Positions 40,254-49,620 are shown, counted from the stretch's first letter. The stretch: 64,000 nucleotides of DNA from Bythopirellula sp. (GCA_965216565.1 OZ244170.1:4640001-4704000); one strand, 5' to 3'. Notes: generated by a model from the letters alone, not told the origin. Numbers and translations are program-made.

Positions 40254-40691
40254 ATGAAAACTTACATGGCCAAAACAGGTAAGGTCGACCAGCAATGGTT
40301 GCTGGTGGACGCCACCGACAAAATTGTTGGACGCCTGGCCAGCGAAATCGCCACGATCTTGATGGGCAAGCATCGTCCGACTTACACGCCGCATGTCGAT
40401 ACGGGTGACTTTGTGGTGGTGGTAAACGTCGAGAAGATCCGCTTCACCGGCAAGAAGTGGGAGAATAAGAAGTACGCCTGGTATACGGGTTATCCCCGTC
40501 AGCGAACGGTCACGGCTGAAGTGCGTCGGGAACGCAAGCCAGAACTGATCCTAACCGAAGCAGTTCGCCGCATGCTGCCTAAGAGTAAGTTGGGCCGTGC
40601 GATGCTATCTAAGCTGAAGGTTTACGCTGGTCCCGAGCACCCCCACACCGCACAAGAGCCCGAGCCAACCGAGTTGGCCATCAAGGCTTAG
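40254..40691 (+). CDS. rplM: 50S ribosomal protein L13
   Basis: GRLASEIA, GKHRPTYTPHVDTGD, HPHTAQ. Confidence 0.98.
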   Translation: MKTYMAKTGKVDQQWLLVDATDKIVGRLASEIATILMGKHRPTYTPHVDTGDFVVVVNVEKIRFTGKKWENKKYAWYTGYPRQRTVTAEVRRERKPELILTEAVRRMLPKSKLGRAMLSKLKVYAGPEHPHTAQEPEPTELAIKA

Positions 40692-40714
40692 AGCCGAAGA
40701 GTCCTTAACCACGA

Positions 40715-40809
40715 AATCAAGGAAAAATAACTTTCTCTAAGTCCCTCGCCCCTATGGGGAGAGGCAAGGTGAGGGGAGCAATAAATGCCGAAGTTATTTT
40801 TCCTCGATT
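40715..40809 (-). repeat. MITE-like ~95-bp element between rplM and rpsI
   Basis: IR 18/19 (aatcRaggaaaaataactt); interior matches the reverse complement of 58474-58577. Confidence 0.75.
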
Positions 40810-40866
40810 CCTGACCGTTACCTTATGAATCGCTAAATCCAAATCGCTAAATAGGAAACAGCATAC

Positions 40867-41268
40867 ATGTCCACCAGCACCGCCGAAGAAGTCCTGGGCA
40901 CTGGTCGTCGCAAAACCTCCGTGGCTCGAGTCCGCATCCGCCAAGGATCGGGCAAGATCACTATCAATAAACGCGATCTGGAAGACTTCTTCCGAGTCGA
41001 ACAAGATCGCAATGCGGTCGTCGCTCCATTGGATCACTGCGAAGTACGTGATTCGGTCGACGTGAATATCCGCGTGCACGGCGGCGGAACAACGGGGCAA
41101 GCTGGTGCCTGCATGCAGGGAATCGCTCGGGCATTGATGAAGCACGACAGCGATTTGTCTGAGAAGTTGCGTGAGAAGAGCTTCCTGACTCGCGACGCCC
41201 GCATGAAAGAGCGTAAGAAACCGGGTCTGCACGGTGCTCGTCGTGGAACCCAGTTCTCCAAGCGTTAG
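40867..41268 (+). CDS. rpsI: 30S ribosomal protein S9
   Basis: GTGRRKTSVARV, GGGTTGQAGA, QFSKR. Confidence 0.98.
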   Translation: MSTSTAEEVLGTGRRKTSVARVRIRQGSGKITINKRDLEDFFRVEQDRNAVVAPLDHCEVRDSVDVNIRVHGGGTTGQAGACMQGIARALMKHDSDLSEKLREKSFLTRDARMKERKKPGLHGARRGTQFSKR

Positions 41269-41366
41269 TATTTTACGGTCTCAGCCCGCGATGGAGTGTT
41301 TCGCCCCGTCTGTGCTGGCCGTGAAGTACTGAAATCTAGAACATTGCGTAGAATCTGGCACAGGAT

Positions 41367-42161
41367 ATGGCGCAGACCATTCTCGAAGAGATCGTCGCCA
41401 CCAAGCGCCAAGAAGTAGCCGCTGCTAAGAGTCGCACTCCTCAGCAAGACTTGCAGTCCGCCCTGGCGGGTGCACCGCCGGTGCGAAATTTCTTTGCAGC
41501 ACTCGACGCTGAGGATTCTATTCAGCTGATTGCTGAAGTGAAGAAGGCCAGTCCTTCGGCAGGGATCATCCGAGCTGATTTTGATCCCGTCTCCATTGCC
41601 AAGATCTACGAGTCGCATGGGGCCGCCTGCATCAGTTGCTTAACTGATGAGTCGTACTTTCAAGGCAGCTTGGAGTACCTCAAGCAAATCCGTCAGCAAG
41701 TATCGATCCCAGTACTTCGCAAAGACTTTATCATTGATAGCTATCAGTTGCTCGAAGCGCGAGTCGCTGGTGCCGATGCCGTCCTGCTAATTGCCGAGTG
41801 TCTGGACGATTGCAATCTGCGAGCGCTGCACAACGAAGCCATCGAACTAGGCATGACGCCACTAGTCGAATTCTACGAGCCGGCAAACCTGGAGCGCGTG
41901 TTAGCAGCGGGCGCGAGGCTTATTGGCGTGAACAACCGCAACCTGCACACGTTCGAGGTCGATCTCGATCATACCTTGCGTATGAAAGAGATCATTCCCG
42001 ACGAGTGCCTGCTGGTGGGCGAGAGCGGAATCAAAACCCATGCGGACGTCACTCGACTGCAGCAAGCAGGGGTCGACGCCATCCTGGTGGGCGAAACGCT
42101 CATGCGTCAGTCCGATATCGGACAGGCAGTCGACACACTGCTGGGACGCAGTGCGACTTAG
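41367..42161 (+). CDS. trpC: Indole-3-glycerol phosphate synthase
   Basis: IAEVKKASPS, LRKDF, GVNNRNL, ESGI. Confidence 0.97.
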   Translation: MAQTILEEIVATKRQEVAAAKSRTPQQDLQSALAGAPPVRNFFAALDAEDSIQLIAEVKKASPSAGIIRADFDPVSIAKIYESHGAACISCLTDESYFQGSLEYLKQIRQQVSIPVLRKDFIIDSYQLLEARVAGADAVLLIAECLDDCNLRALHNEAIELGMTPLVEFYEPANLERVLAAGARLIGVNNRNLHTFEVDLDHTLRMKEIIPDECLLVGESGIKTHADVTRLQQAGVDAILVGETLMRQSDIGQAVDTLLGRSAT

Positions 42162-42925
42162 CTGTCCTGCGAATTCCGGAGTCTTCGTCTTGTTACTAGC
42201 AAGGAGCCGGCCGACAGCATTGCCAAGCCAACTGTGGATGGCTCAGGTATGAGCATCGTTCCCGAGATGGTCATAGCACCCGAGGCGAGTACTGCTTCCA
42301 ACGGATTGCCGGCGGTCATTGGCAACGTAGCCGTGTACGATACGACGATCGGCTGATTGGGATCGAACGCAAGCCCACCGGGTAGATTCTGGCTATCCAG
42401 CGACGAGGCAGTTCCAGTGATCAGGAAGACATTATCTGTAATGGCCACGTTGAGCTGCTCGAAGTTCAGCTTCAAGAAGCGGCCAGCATCATCGAACCAA
42501 TGAAATCCGAAGTCGTCGGTATTGGCACCTACCGAAGCGAAGTTCAGGCCCTTGGTCAACTGACCGACGCCATCCAAGGAAAAATCGCCCCACATGTCGT
42601 TCATAAATGGCGAGCCTGTGATGGGAGTCATATCGAGTTCGAAGACGGCACCCTGCAGAGGATCTGCTTCGTTTGCATCCATATTGCCACCCGGTTTGCC
42701 AGTCATATCGTAAATGGCACCGCCGGCCTGGTTGTTGTAGATCATGTCCATATCGGACAGGATGATGTTGATGGTTCCTGCGGAAGCATGCGAACTGAGC
42801 ATGGCCCCCAGAACGAAGGCTAGGAGAGTGAGCATCACTCGACCTGCGCCATAGGGGCGTGACATCCAATGAGGCACGTTCGACGTGCAATCTCGTGGGC
42901 TACAAACTTGTGTGTGGCTAAACAT
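42158..42925 (-). CDS. PEP-CTERM sorting domain protein
   Basis: Signal peptide; C-terminal IPEPST, TM helix, RRRLR. Confidence 0.88.
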   Translation of the reverse strand: MFSHTQVCSPRDCTSNVPHWMSRPYGAGRVMLTLLAFVLGAMLSSHASAGTINIILSDMDMIYNNQAGGAIYDMTGKPGGNMDANEADPLQGAVFELDMTPITGSPFMNDMWGDFSLDGVGQLTKGLNFASVGANTDDFGFHWFDDAGRFLKLNFEQLNVAITDNVFLITGTASSLDSQNLPGGLAFDPNQPIVVSYTATLPMTAGNPLEAVLASGAMTISGTMLIPEPSTVGLAMLSAGSLLVTRRRLRNSQDS

Positions 42926-43111
42926 GGTTGGTTTCGCTCTCGGTATGAATAGTTACTAGTAAAAAGCCCTCGGATTAAGCGACTCATGCCCCTAGGGGCT
43001 TTCGTCTTCCTTGCTTGTCTTTCGGCAGTACTTCGAAATTTCGTCTGAGTGCCTGCCATTCTTGGAAAGCTAACTCAAGCGGTTTCACGGTCTCTTATTG
43101 TTTGCAGCGTG

Positions 43112-43327
43112 TTACCAACTCATTCGCTTATTGGCTCGTTGGTGCATGCCGCCTATTTTTTTGGATTTACTTTTGGTCGATTTGACTTTTCTTTTCGTAT
43201 TGGCTCGCGAGCGAGTTGCACTTGGTCGCGGAGCTCGATTTTGCCGACGCGGCGCTATCGAGTAAGCCATGGAATAATCAGTGTCTCCATCAAGCAATTC
43301 AGGTTCTTTTTCTTTTCTGTTGCGCAT
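43112..43327 (-). CDS. Small basic protein B (71 aa)
   Basis: AGGA RBS; DYS motif; ends GGMHQRANKRMSW; paralog of 44330-44509. Confidence 0.7.
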   Translation of the reverse strand: MRNRKEKEPELLDGDTDYSMAYSIAPRRQNRAPRPSATRSRANTKRKVKSTKSKSKKIGGMHQRANKRMSW

Positions 43328-43979
43328 CGGTAGAAATCCTGCTATGGGTTAAGGGGGTTATCCGGTCGCCGCCTCTGGCCATTGATTCACCGCTTTGGGG
43401 AGGTGATTCTTGAGTAGGTGGTGGCATACTTGCCATCAACATTTGGATCGAGTTGGAAGTGGATTGATGTTCCAGTCCTGAGCTAGCGGTACGCGCTACT
43501 GCCTTGCGCGCCTCTTCAAACACCCAGTTGATCTTGCGAGGGTTGGTCACCTGGGGCAGGTAGGACCACGCGCCTAGACCTCGAGCCCAGATTTCTTCGC
43601 TCGAGTCTTCGCTGTTCCCACAAAGGATGAGAAGCGAATCGGAGATATCGCAGACCTTTGCCGATGCTTCGCGCATCTTCTGATAGTTGACTTGATTTGG
43701 CTCCGGCAAATCGACAATCGTTAGTGGCACCTTCATGCGGAAGAGGTGCTTAATGAACTTGCCTGCGTTGTTGCAAACGATTGCATCCCACGCCTCGTTC
43801 TCAGCGGCAGACTGCAAACCCTCGGCTCGGGAGTCGTTCCAGGAATAGATCAGGCAGCGCAGTAGGCCTGGTGGAGCTAACATCCGCATCGGTGCACCAG
43901 GTTTCCCGACAGGTTCTGTCGGCTGAGGCACCGCTTGCGCGTGTTCTGTAACAGTGGAATTCGGAGAGGCTGACGCCAC
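43299..43979 (-). CDS. Stand-alone atypical receiver-like protein
   Basis: GGAG RBS with GTG start; TIVDLP, LLILCG, ARGLGAWSYLP follow the REC pattern; acidic pocket and Lys missing. Confidence 0.6.
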   Translation of the reverse strand: MASASPNSTVTEHAQAVPQPTEPVGKPGAPMRMLAPPGLLRCLIYSWNDSRAEGLQSAAENEAWDAIVCNNAGKFIKHLFRMKVPLTIVDLPEPNQVNYQKMREASAKVCDISDSLLILCGNSEDSSEEIWARGLGAWSYLPQVTNPRKINWVFEEARKAVARTASSGLEHQSTSNSIQMLMASMPPPTQESPPQSGESMARGGDRITPLTHSRISTDAQQKRKRT

Positions 43980-44329
43980 AGTGTTAGCTCCAAGTAGGTG
44001 TGTTATCGATGGTGTGGTCGATCTTCAGACATGTGTTTTCCCCACGGCCTGTTGATACTTATGTAAAACGTGCCCAAGCAGGAACGGGGTTAGGCGCAAC
44101 ATGCGCTCAACCTCACCCAGGCGCAGTACTAGGAGTTCAGCACTCCGAGCGCATGCGACGGGCAATTGTCCTACAGCTTGCTCTAAATTGTTCCCTCGGC
44201 GCACTCATGCTTCGCGCCGGTCCGTTGTTCAGTTCAGCAATTGTGCAAAGCACAATCAGCAGCGCAGCTAAAGATTGGTCGGACCTCAGCAGCAACGTAT
44301 GGCTGCAGACGATCCTGGCAATCGCGGCG

Positions 44330-44509
44330 CTACCAAGTCATCTTGCGTCGGCGACGCTTGTGGATTCCATTCACAGATTGCGGACCCTTGCCACGCTTCC
44401 GGCCGTGCGTAGGACGCCGCGACTTCGAAGCTTTGATAGGAGTGGATCGGCGGAATGTGTCGTTGCTGTAGTCAGCTTCCATAGCTTCATAAGATTGGGA
44501 ATGACTCAT
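44330..44509 (-). CDS. Small basic protein A (59 aa, not in ORF track)
   Basis: AAGGAG RBS; hand translation MSHSQSYEAMEADYSNDTFRRSTPIKASKSRRPTHGRKRGKGPQSVNGIHKRRRRKMTW. Confidence 0.75.
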   Translation of the reverse strand: MSHSQSYEAMEADYSNDTFRRSTPIKASKSRRPTHGRKRGKGPQSVNGIHKRRRRKMTW

Positions 44510-44662
44510 TGACTAGGTCTCCTTAGACGAATCACAGTTGCTCTAGCACGTGGGCGCGGGGCCAACATCACGCAGCTAGTTGTTCATGCCGTCAGCAATA
44601 AGCTGACGGGGAGTGAAGCGTTGCCGGTCGTTTTCCAGTTCGCTTCGACAGCAACTGTTAAC

Positions 44663-44677
44663 GCGATTCGCGTGCCA
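44663..44677 (-). promoter_or_regulatory. Sigma-54 -24/-12 promoter
   Basis: Minus strand TGGCACGCGAATCGC, GG-N10-GC. Confidence 0.7.
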
Positions 44678-44762
44678 GTTCCGGAAAGTGTTGCTAAGAA
44701 ACGCTCAAGTCCTTACGGCTAAGACGTTTGCAGCCAGCGCTTGGAGAAACGCAAAGAATGAG

Positions 44763-44871
44763 TTGCATCACCAAACTAGTGATGCAATTTGCCGTGAAAT
44801 TCACTTCGCATTAGTCGGCTAGATCAGAATGGCAGATTCACTACCTTGGTGATCCATCACCATTTGGGTGA
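44763..44871. promoter_or_regulatory. Three TCAC-N7-GTGA palindromes, putative enhancer sites
   Basis: 44768-44782 (extended ttgcatcac-N7-gtgatgcaa), 44838-44852, 44857-44871. Confidence 0.65.
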
Positions 44872-45079
44872 GGGCTGGGAAACCGCTCTCAAAAGCCCTT
44901 ATTTGGCCGATTTCGGGAAGGTCGCTAGCATCGTCGTCGGACAGGGAGCAATGGCGGAGACGTCTAGTGGCAAGGTGCTGAGAGGGCCAGGAACGGCTAC
45001 CGATTGAACCCGTTCAGGCAGCACGAAAGAGGGGCCCTACTATGCCAAGATAGCACCGCGTTGCATTACCCAGAGTGGG

Positions 45080-46051
45080 TTATTCTTGGTCGTTTTCGAT
45101 TTGAGCTAGCAGCCTAGTCATCGTGTTGGGGTGAACTCCCAGCAGTTCGGCCGCTTTGCCCTTGTGACCATCAGTTGTTTTCAGCGCTTGCTGCACCGCA
45201 GCCTGACGCAGACGGCCGAGGTCGGTGAAGGGCAGCCGCGATTCTCTGCCATCGTTAATATCTAGCCCTGGAAGCATAGGTTCGCATTCCAAGACGTAAC
45301 TCTGCTCGATGACGTATCCAAGTTGTCGTAGGTTGCCAGGCCAATGATATTCGCAGAACTTGCGCAGTATTTCGGCGTCGGGTTGCCAGACTTCTTGCTC
45401 ATACTGGGCTGCATACTTGCGTGAGAAAAAGTCTATAAAACTAGGGATATCCTCAGCTCGCTCGCGAAGCGGAGGCATGTGCAATTCAACCAAATTGAGT
45501 CGGTAAAACAGGTCCTCGCGGAAGCGCCCTTCTTCCACATCGCGAATTAAATTGCGATTGGTTGCGGCACAAACTTGCACATCGATCTTCACCGGATGGG
45601 CAGCGCCTACGGGTGTGACTTCGCCTTCCTGCAGAACTCGCAGCAGTTTTGGTTGCAATTCCAAAGGCATATCGCCGACTTCGTCGAGGAATACTAGGCC
45701 CTCGTGAGCCGATCGGAAGACACCTAAACTCTTGCCTGCCGCACCTGTAAACGCTCCGCGTTCGTGGCCGAATAGCTGGCTCTCAGCGAGTGTGGCGGTG
45801 AGTGCCGCGCAATTGACCGGGACAAATGGCTTAGAATGCCTAGGTCCCAAACGATGAAGAAGCCGCGCCCATACTTCCTTGCCCGTACCGGTTTCGCCGG
45901 TAATTAGCACGGTACATTCCACTTGAGCAGCACGCTCAGCGTGGTGCGCGATCTTGTTAATTGACGGATCGCGTCCTATGAGTAGGCTCGCTGGATCCTC
46001 AGGCGGCAGGGAAGCCACCGAGTCTAGCGAAACCGCTATAGTAGATGCCAT
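45080..46051 (-). CDS. Sigma-54-dependent activator without N-terminal regulatory domain
   Basis: GETGTGKE, GAFTGA, FLDEVG, WPGNLRQL, Fis-type HTH; about 20 aa precede the AAA+ domain. Confidence 0.95.
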   Translation of the reverse strand: MASTIAVSLDSVASLPPEDPASLLIGRDPSINKIAHHAERAAQVECTVLITGETGTGKEVWARLLHRLGPRHSKPFVPVNCAALTATLAESQLFGHERGAFTGAAGKSLGVFRSAHEGLVFLDEVGDMPLELQPKLLRVLQEGEVTPVGAAHPVKIDVQVCAATNRNLIRDVEEGRFREDLFYRLNLVELHMPPLRERAEDIPSFIDFFSRKYAAQYEQEVWQPDAEILRKFCEYHWPGNLRQLGYVIEQSYVLECEPMLPGLDINDGRESRLPFTDLGRLRQAAVQQALKTTDGHKGKAAELLGVHPNTMTRLLAQIENDQE

Positions 46052-46378
46052 ATCTCAACTCCGAGGAGCAAGGCCTGGTTCCATACCTCGCTCCACTAAT
46101 TCAATGCCCCTAGTTTCGAGATTCGCGTTCCGATGCTCCTCTGAAACTATCCAACTCAAATCACTGGCGGCCCAGCCTATAGTTGTGAAAAAAATTTCCA
46201 GGACGACGTAAATACCTGACCCACAGTTCTTTGCAGGCCACGCAGTCCAACCCTTATTGTAAACCCAAGCCGGAATTCACTCAAACAATCTGTATTGGAT
46301 AAAACGTCCATTCTAGCTAAAGCGCAACGATTATAACGATTTTTGAAGGAGCATTGTAAGTCCAGTGATTTCAGAGAC

Positions 46379-47209
46379 TTACGGGTCTCCAGAGGGGGGA
46401 GATAGCTGCTTTCCGACTGGGGATTGGGGGTGGGAGACTGGCGCAGTGTGAATATCCGGAGTTTTTGGCCTCCAAGGGACCAATTTCCTACCTGGAATCG
46501 ACGACCGCTCCGTGGCAAAAAATAGGACGTGCTGCCAGGGCAACTCATCGAATTGACGGACCAGTTTGAACTTGTTCGCGGCCAACTCTTTCAACACCTG
46601 GGGCTGGCTCATCTTGTGCAGCGGGCGAATCGGGACGTTGGGATCTTCCTCGCGAAACTCTACTAAGACCAGCAGCCCGTCGCGTTTCAGGCTGCGATGC
46701 ATCGCCTTCAATACGGGTTCGGGCTCGAAGAGTTCATGGTAGACATCGACCATCAGCACCAGATCGACCGAATTCGGTCTAAGCCCTGGATCGGCTTCAG
46801 TCGCTAGGACAGGCTCAATGTTGGTAATACCACGGGACTGGGCACGTTCTGTTAACAGGTCGAGCATTTCTTGCTGAATATCAACTGCCAATACACGGCC
46901 ACGCGGTCCAACTCGGTGTGCCAATTCAATCGAGTAGTAGCCGTTGCCGCATCCAAAATCGCATACCGTCTGCCCCTTCTTTAGCTTGAGGGCACCCAGC
47001 AGTAACTTGGGCTGCTCTTCTTTCTCGCGCGATTTGCGAATGAGCCAGTCAGCGCCGCTGGCCGACATGGTGGGAGCGATTTGTCGGCCCATGTACCAAC
47101 CGGGACGCGACTCGCGTTTGCTGGATTCAAGTTCTGCGGCCCTCGAGTTAGGCGTGAAGCAGATTGCTACAAGTAGCACTACAGAAATGCGTCTGACAAC
47201 AGTCGACAT
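46379..47209 (-). CDS. Class I SAM-dependent methyltransferase with signal-like N-terminus
   Basis: DFGCGNGYY, AVDIQ, MVDVYHE. Confidence 0.88.
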   Translation of the reverse strand: MSTVVRRISVVLLVAICFTPNSRAAELESSKRESRPGWYMGRQIAPTMSASGADWLIRKSREKEEQPKLLLGALKLKKGQTVCDFGCGNGYYSIELAHRVGPRGRVLAVDIQQEMLDLLTERAQSRGITNIEPVLATEADPGLRPNSVDLVLMVDVYHELFEPEPVLKAMHRSLKRDGLLVLVEFREEDPNVPIRPLHKMSQPQVLKELAANKFKLVRQFDELPWQHVLFFATERSSIPGRKLVPWRPKTPDIHTAPVSHPQSPVGKQLSPPSGDP

Positions 47210-47376
47210 AGGGAAACCGCATCGGTAGAGGCTGGAGGACCATCGCAATGATAGTCTAGCGCTCGCCCACTTGCCATGTGCAGTGGTTCGTGGGCTCTGG
47301 TAGGTGCGGCACCTACCCTACAATTTCGCTATTGGCCGAATTTACCTGGCTAGTTTTGCGAATTACTGTTTGAGAA

Positions 47377-49059
47377 TTACTTCTCGCCAGATACCGCCTC
47401 GGCGATATTTTGCGTGTGATCGAGCACCCGTGCGTAAGCGTTCAGCGAGGCCAAATAGGCGACGTTTACCAGCGGGGGGACGCCGCCGTTTGATAGGTCG
47501 TCGAGATGTTTGCGACGCAAATGCTTGATATGAGTGCGAATACGTTTGGCGCTCGGCGCGGTTTCGACCAAGATATTTTCGTTGCCCACCTTGAGGGCGT
47601 TGTTAATCGATTTCAAATGCTCGAGCAATTCGTGATTTAGCTCACCGAATCCGGCGCGTTGTTCGGAGGAGAAACGGTGGCCATCGCGTCGTAGCTTGCG
47701 GTCGAATTCGTCGAGGTTAGCAATGTAATCGCTCACCGACTCGAATTCATCGGCCATCCGCAACTGGCGCCGCGCTTCGTCGGCCAATGCGTGGGGAACA
47801 TTCCCAGAGAGCAAGTTGGTGATGAACACCGCCACTTCGTCCTGGATGGAGTCGAGCACCTGTTCGCGGCGTTTAAGGCGATTGGCAAGTTGCTTGTCTG
47901 GGTCGTCTTGGTTGCGTAGTTCAACCAGCCATTGCAGCATTTTCTCGCACCCATTGCCCATCCGTTCTAGCTCGGCCTGCGATTGCTCAATAGCCATCGC
48001 TGGGGTGTCGAGCATGCGCATATCGAGATCGGTAAGGTGCGGTTTCTCCTTGAATTCTTTGACTGGAACCAGCCTCTCGAGCAGGCCCACAAGTTTGGGC
48101 ACCAGGGGCAAGAACAGCACGGTATTTGCGATGTTAAAAATACTGTGCGTCGCCGCGATGGCGGGGGTGGTATTTGGGTAGGTCGACTTTTCGCCGTCCA
48201 TCACCAGTTCGTTCACGTCCAGGTTCAGCAGCCACTGCACTAACTCGATGTACTTGAAAAAAAGGAGCGTAATCCAAAGAACGCCCAGCATATTGAACAA
48301 GACGTGAAAATAGGCGGCACGACGGGCGTTTGTCGTGGCTCCAAGCGAGGCCAATAACGCGGTAATTGTCGTGCCGACGTTTTCGCCGAGTATCAGAGCC
48401 GCTGCGGTATCGTAAGAGATCACTCCGTTGAAGGCGAGCGAAATGGTGATTCCTAGTGTGGCAGAAGACGACTGCACCAGCGTCGTGAGCAGGCAGCCCA
48501 CGAGAGCGCACTTGAGAACGCCAAAATAGCTGTCGGCCTTGAACGTTTGGAACCAATCTTCGAAGTCAGGATTCTCTTTGATAATCGCGCAGGCATCTTT
48601 CATGAGCTCCAGGCCGAAGAAAACCATGCCGATGCCCATGATCGCCATCGCCCAATAACGCCAGCGATCGCCGCGGGAAAAGAGGTAAACGAACGCAGCT
48701 ACCCCGAGTAGTGGTAGTCCGTATTTGCCAATTTTCAGCACTAAGATCCAGCCGGTAATCGTCGTGCCAATATTGGCGCCCATAATGACACCAACCGCCT
48801 GCATCAGGCTCATCACGCCGCTGTTGACGAAGCCGACAACCATGACTGTGGTGATGGAACTTGATTGCACGACACAGGTAACAATCACGCCGACGATAAT
48901 GGCGAATAGCCGGTTGCCAGTGACTGTGCTGATGAGCCGTCGCAAGCTGCTGCCGGCCACGGTTTGCAAGCCATCGGACATGTATTTCATACCGAGCAAA
49001 AAGATGCCCAGACCACCAGCCAACTCGCAGGCCAACTGTATCAACGAAGCAAGATTCAA
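47377..49059 (-). CDS. Na/Pi cotransporter with PhoU-like C-terminus
   Basis: Two QSSS motifs, GANIGTT, GENVGTT; start approximate (TTG). Confidence 0.92.
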   Translation of the reverse strand: MNLASLIQLACELAGGLGIFLLGMKYMSDGLQTVAGSSLRRLISTVTGNRLFAIIVGVIVTCVVQSSSITTVMVVGFVNSGVMSLMQAVGVIMGANIGTTITGWILVLKIGKYGLPLLGVAAFVYLFSRGDRWRYWAMAIMGIGMVFFGLELMKDACAIIKENPDFEDWFQTFKADSYFGVLKCALVGCLLTTLVQSSSATLGITISLAFNGVISYDTAAALILGENVGTTITALLASLGATTNARRAAYFHVLFNMLGVLWITLLFFKYIELVQWLLNLDVNELVMDGEKSTYPNTTPAIAATHSIFNIANTVLFLPLVPKLVGLLERLVPVKEFKEKPHLTDLDMRMLDTPAMAIEQSQAELERMGNGCEKMLQWLVELRNQDDPDKQLANRLKRREQVLDSIQDEVAVFITNLLSGNVPHALADEARRQLRMADEFESVSDYIANLDEFDRKLRRDGHRFSSEQRAGFGELNHELLEHLKSINNALKVGNENILVETAPSAKRIRTHIKHLRRKHLDDLSNGGVPPLVNVAYLASLNAYARVLDHTQNIAEAVSGEK

Positions 49060-49300
49060 CGTGCCGTTCCTACCTGTAATGCAGAGTAAAAAACCATATT
49101 CAGACGCCAATATGGCTAAGAGTATAGGGTGCGTCCCTATGATTGCAACCGGCAGTTTGCGAGGCCGAAAGTGGGGTATCTGAAACGGGGGAATTGGGTC
49201 GTTTTTCGCACGCAGAAGCACAACACTTCACTGGGGCCTAGGGCAGAATGAGTGGCCGTTTCACCCTAATTTTGCTCTGCAGAAAAAGCGAAGAGATCTT

Positions 49301-49577
49301 GGCCCCCTCTCCCCGGATAGTTGGGCAACTGTAGGTTTATTGCACGGGTAATTCACCGATCGACAGGGGAGAGGGTTGGGGTGAGGGAATCTCGACTAGA
49401 ATCGCATTTCTTCTTCCACACCAAGAAATCGTGCGATCGCAAGCGCGACTGATTCTACATCACTAAGTTCGTAGGGTGTGCCATAGCGAAGCAGCGGCAC
49501 ACCGAAGGGATCGATGTCAAATTCTCACTCTAAGTGGGCCTGACGGCACCACTCTGCGGCAGTCAATTCAAAGTTGC
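49301..49577 (+). repeat. REP-like palindrome plus 111-bp REPIN-like repeat, copy 2
   Basis: 49467-49577 matches 5436-5546; preceded by gccccctctccccgg as at 5315. Confidence 0.8.
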
Positions 49578-49620
49578 CTCTGCTTGATCCGCTGAGGTAA
49601 CTTGCAGCTTTGCTTAGAAT

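Noticed and set aside
38344..40394. ORFs 38344-38754, 39710-39913, 39744-40394 and 39847-40185 sharing peptide blocks
   Set aside because: They are translations of the non-coding A and B repeats.
42960..43060. c-di-GMP-I riboswitch
   Set aside because: Has gaaa and gacgaaagcc-like words but lacks the GGCAAA element and the P2 stem.
44000..44512. 170-aa + strand ORF
   Set aside because: No RBS or motif; antisense to the better supported microprotein A.
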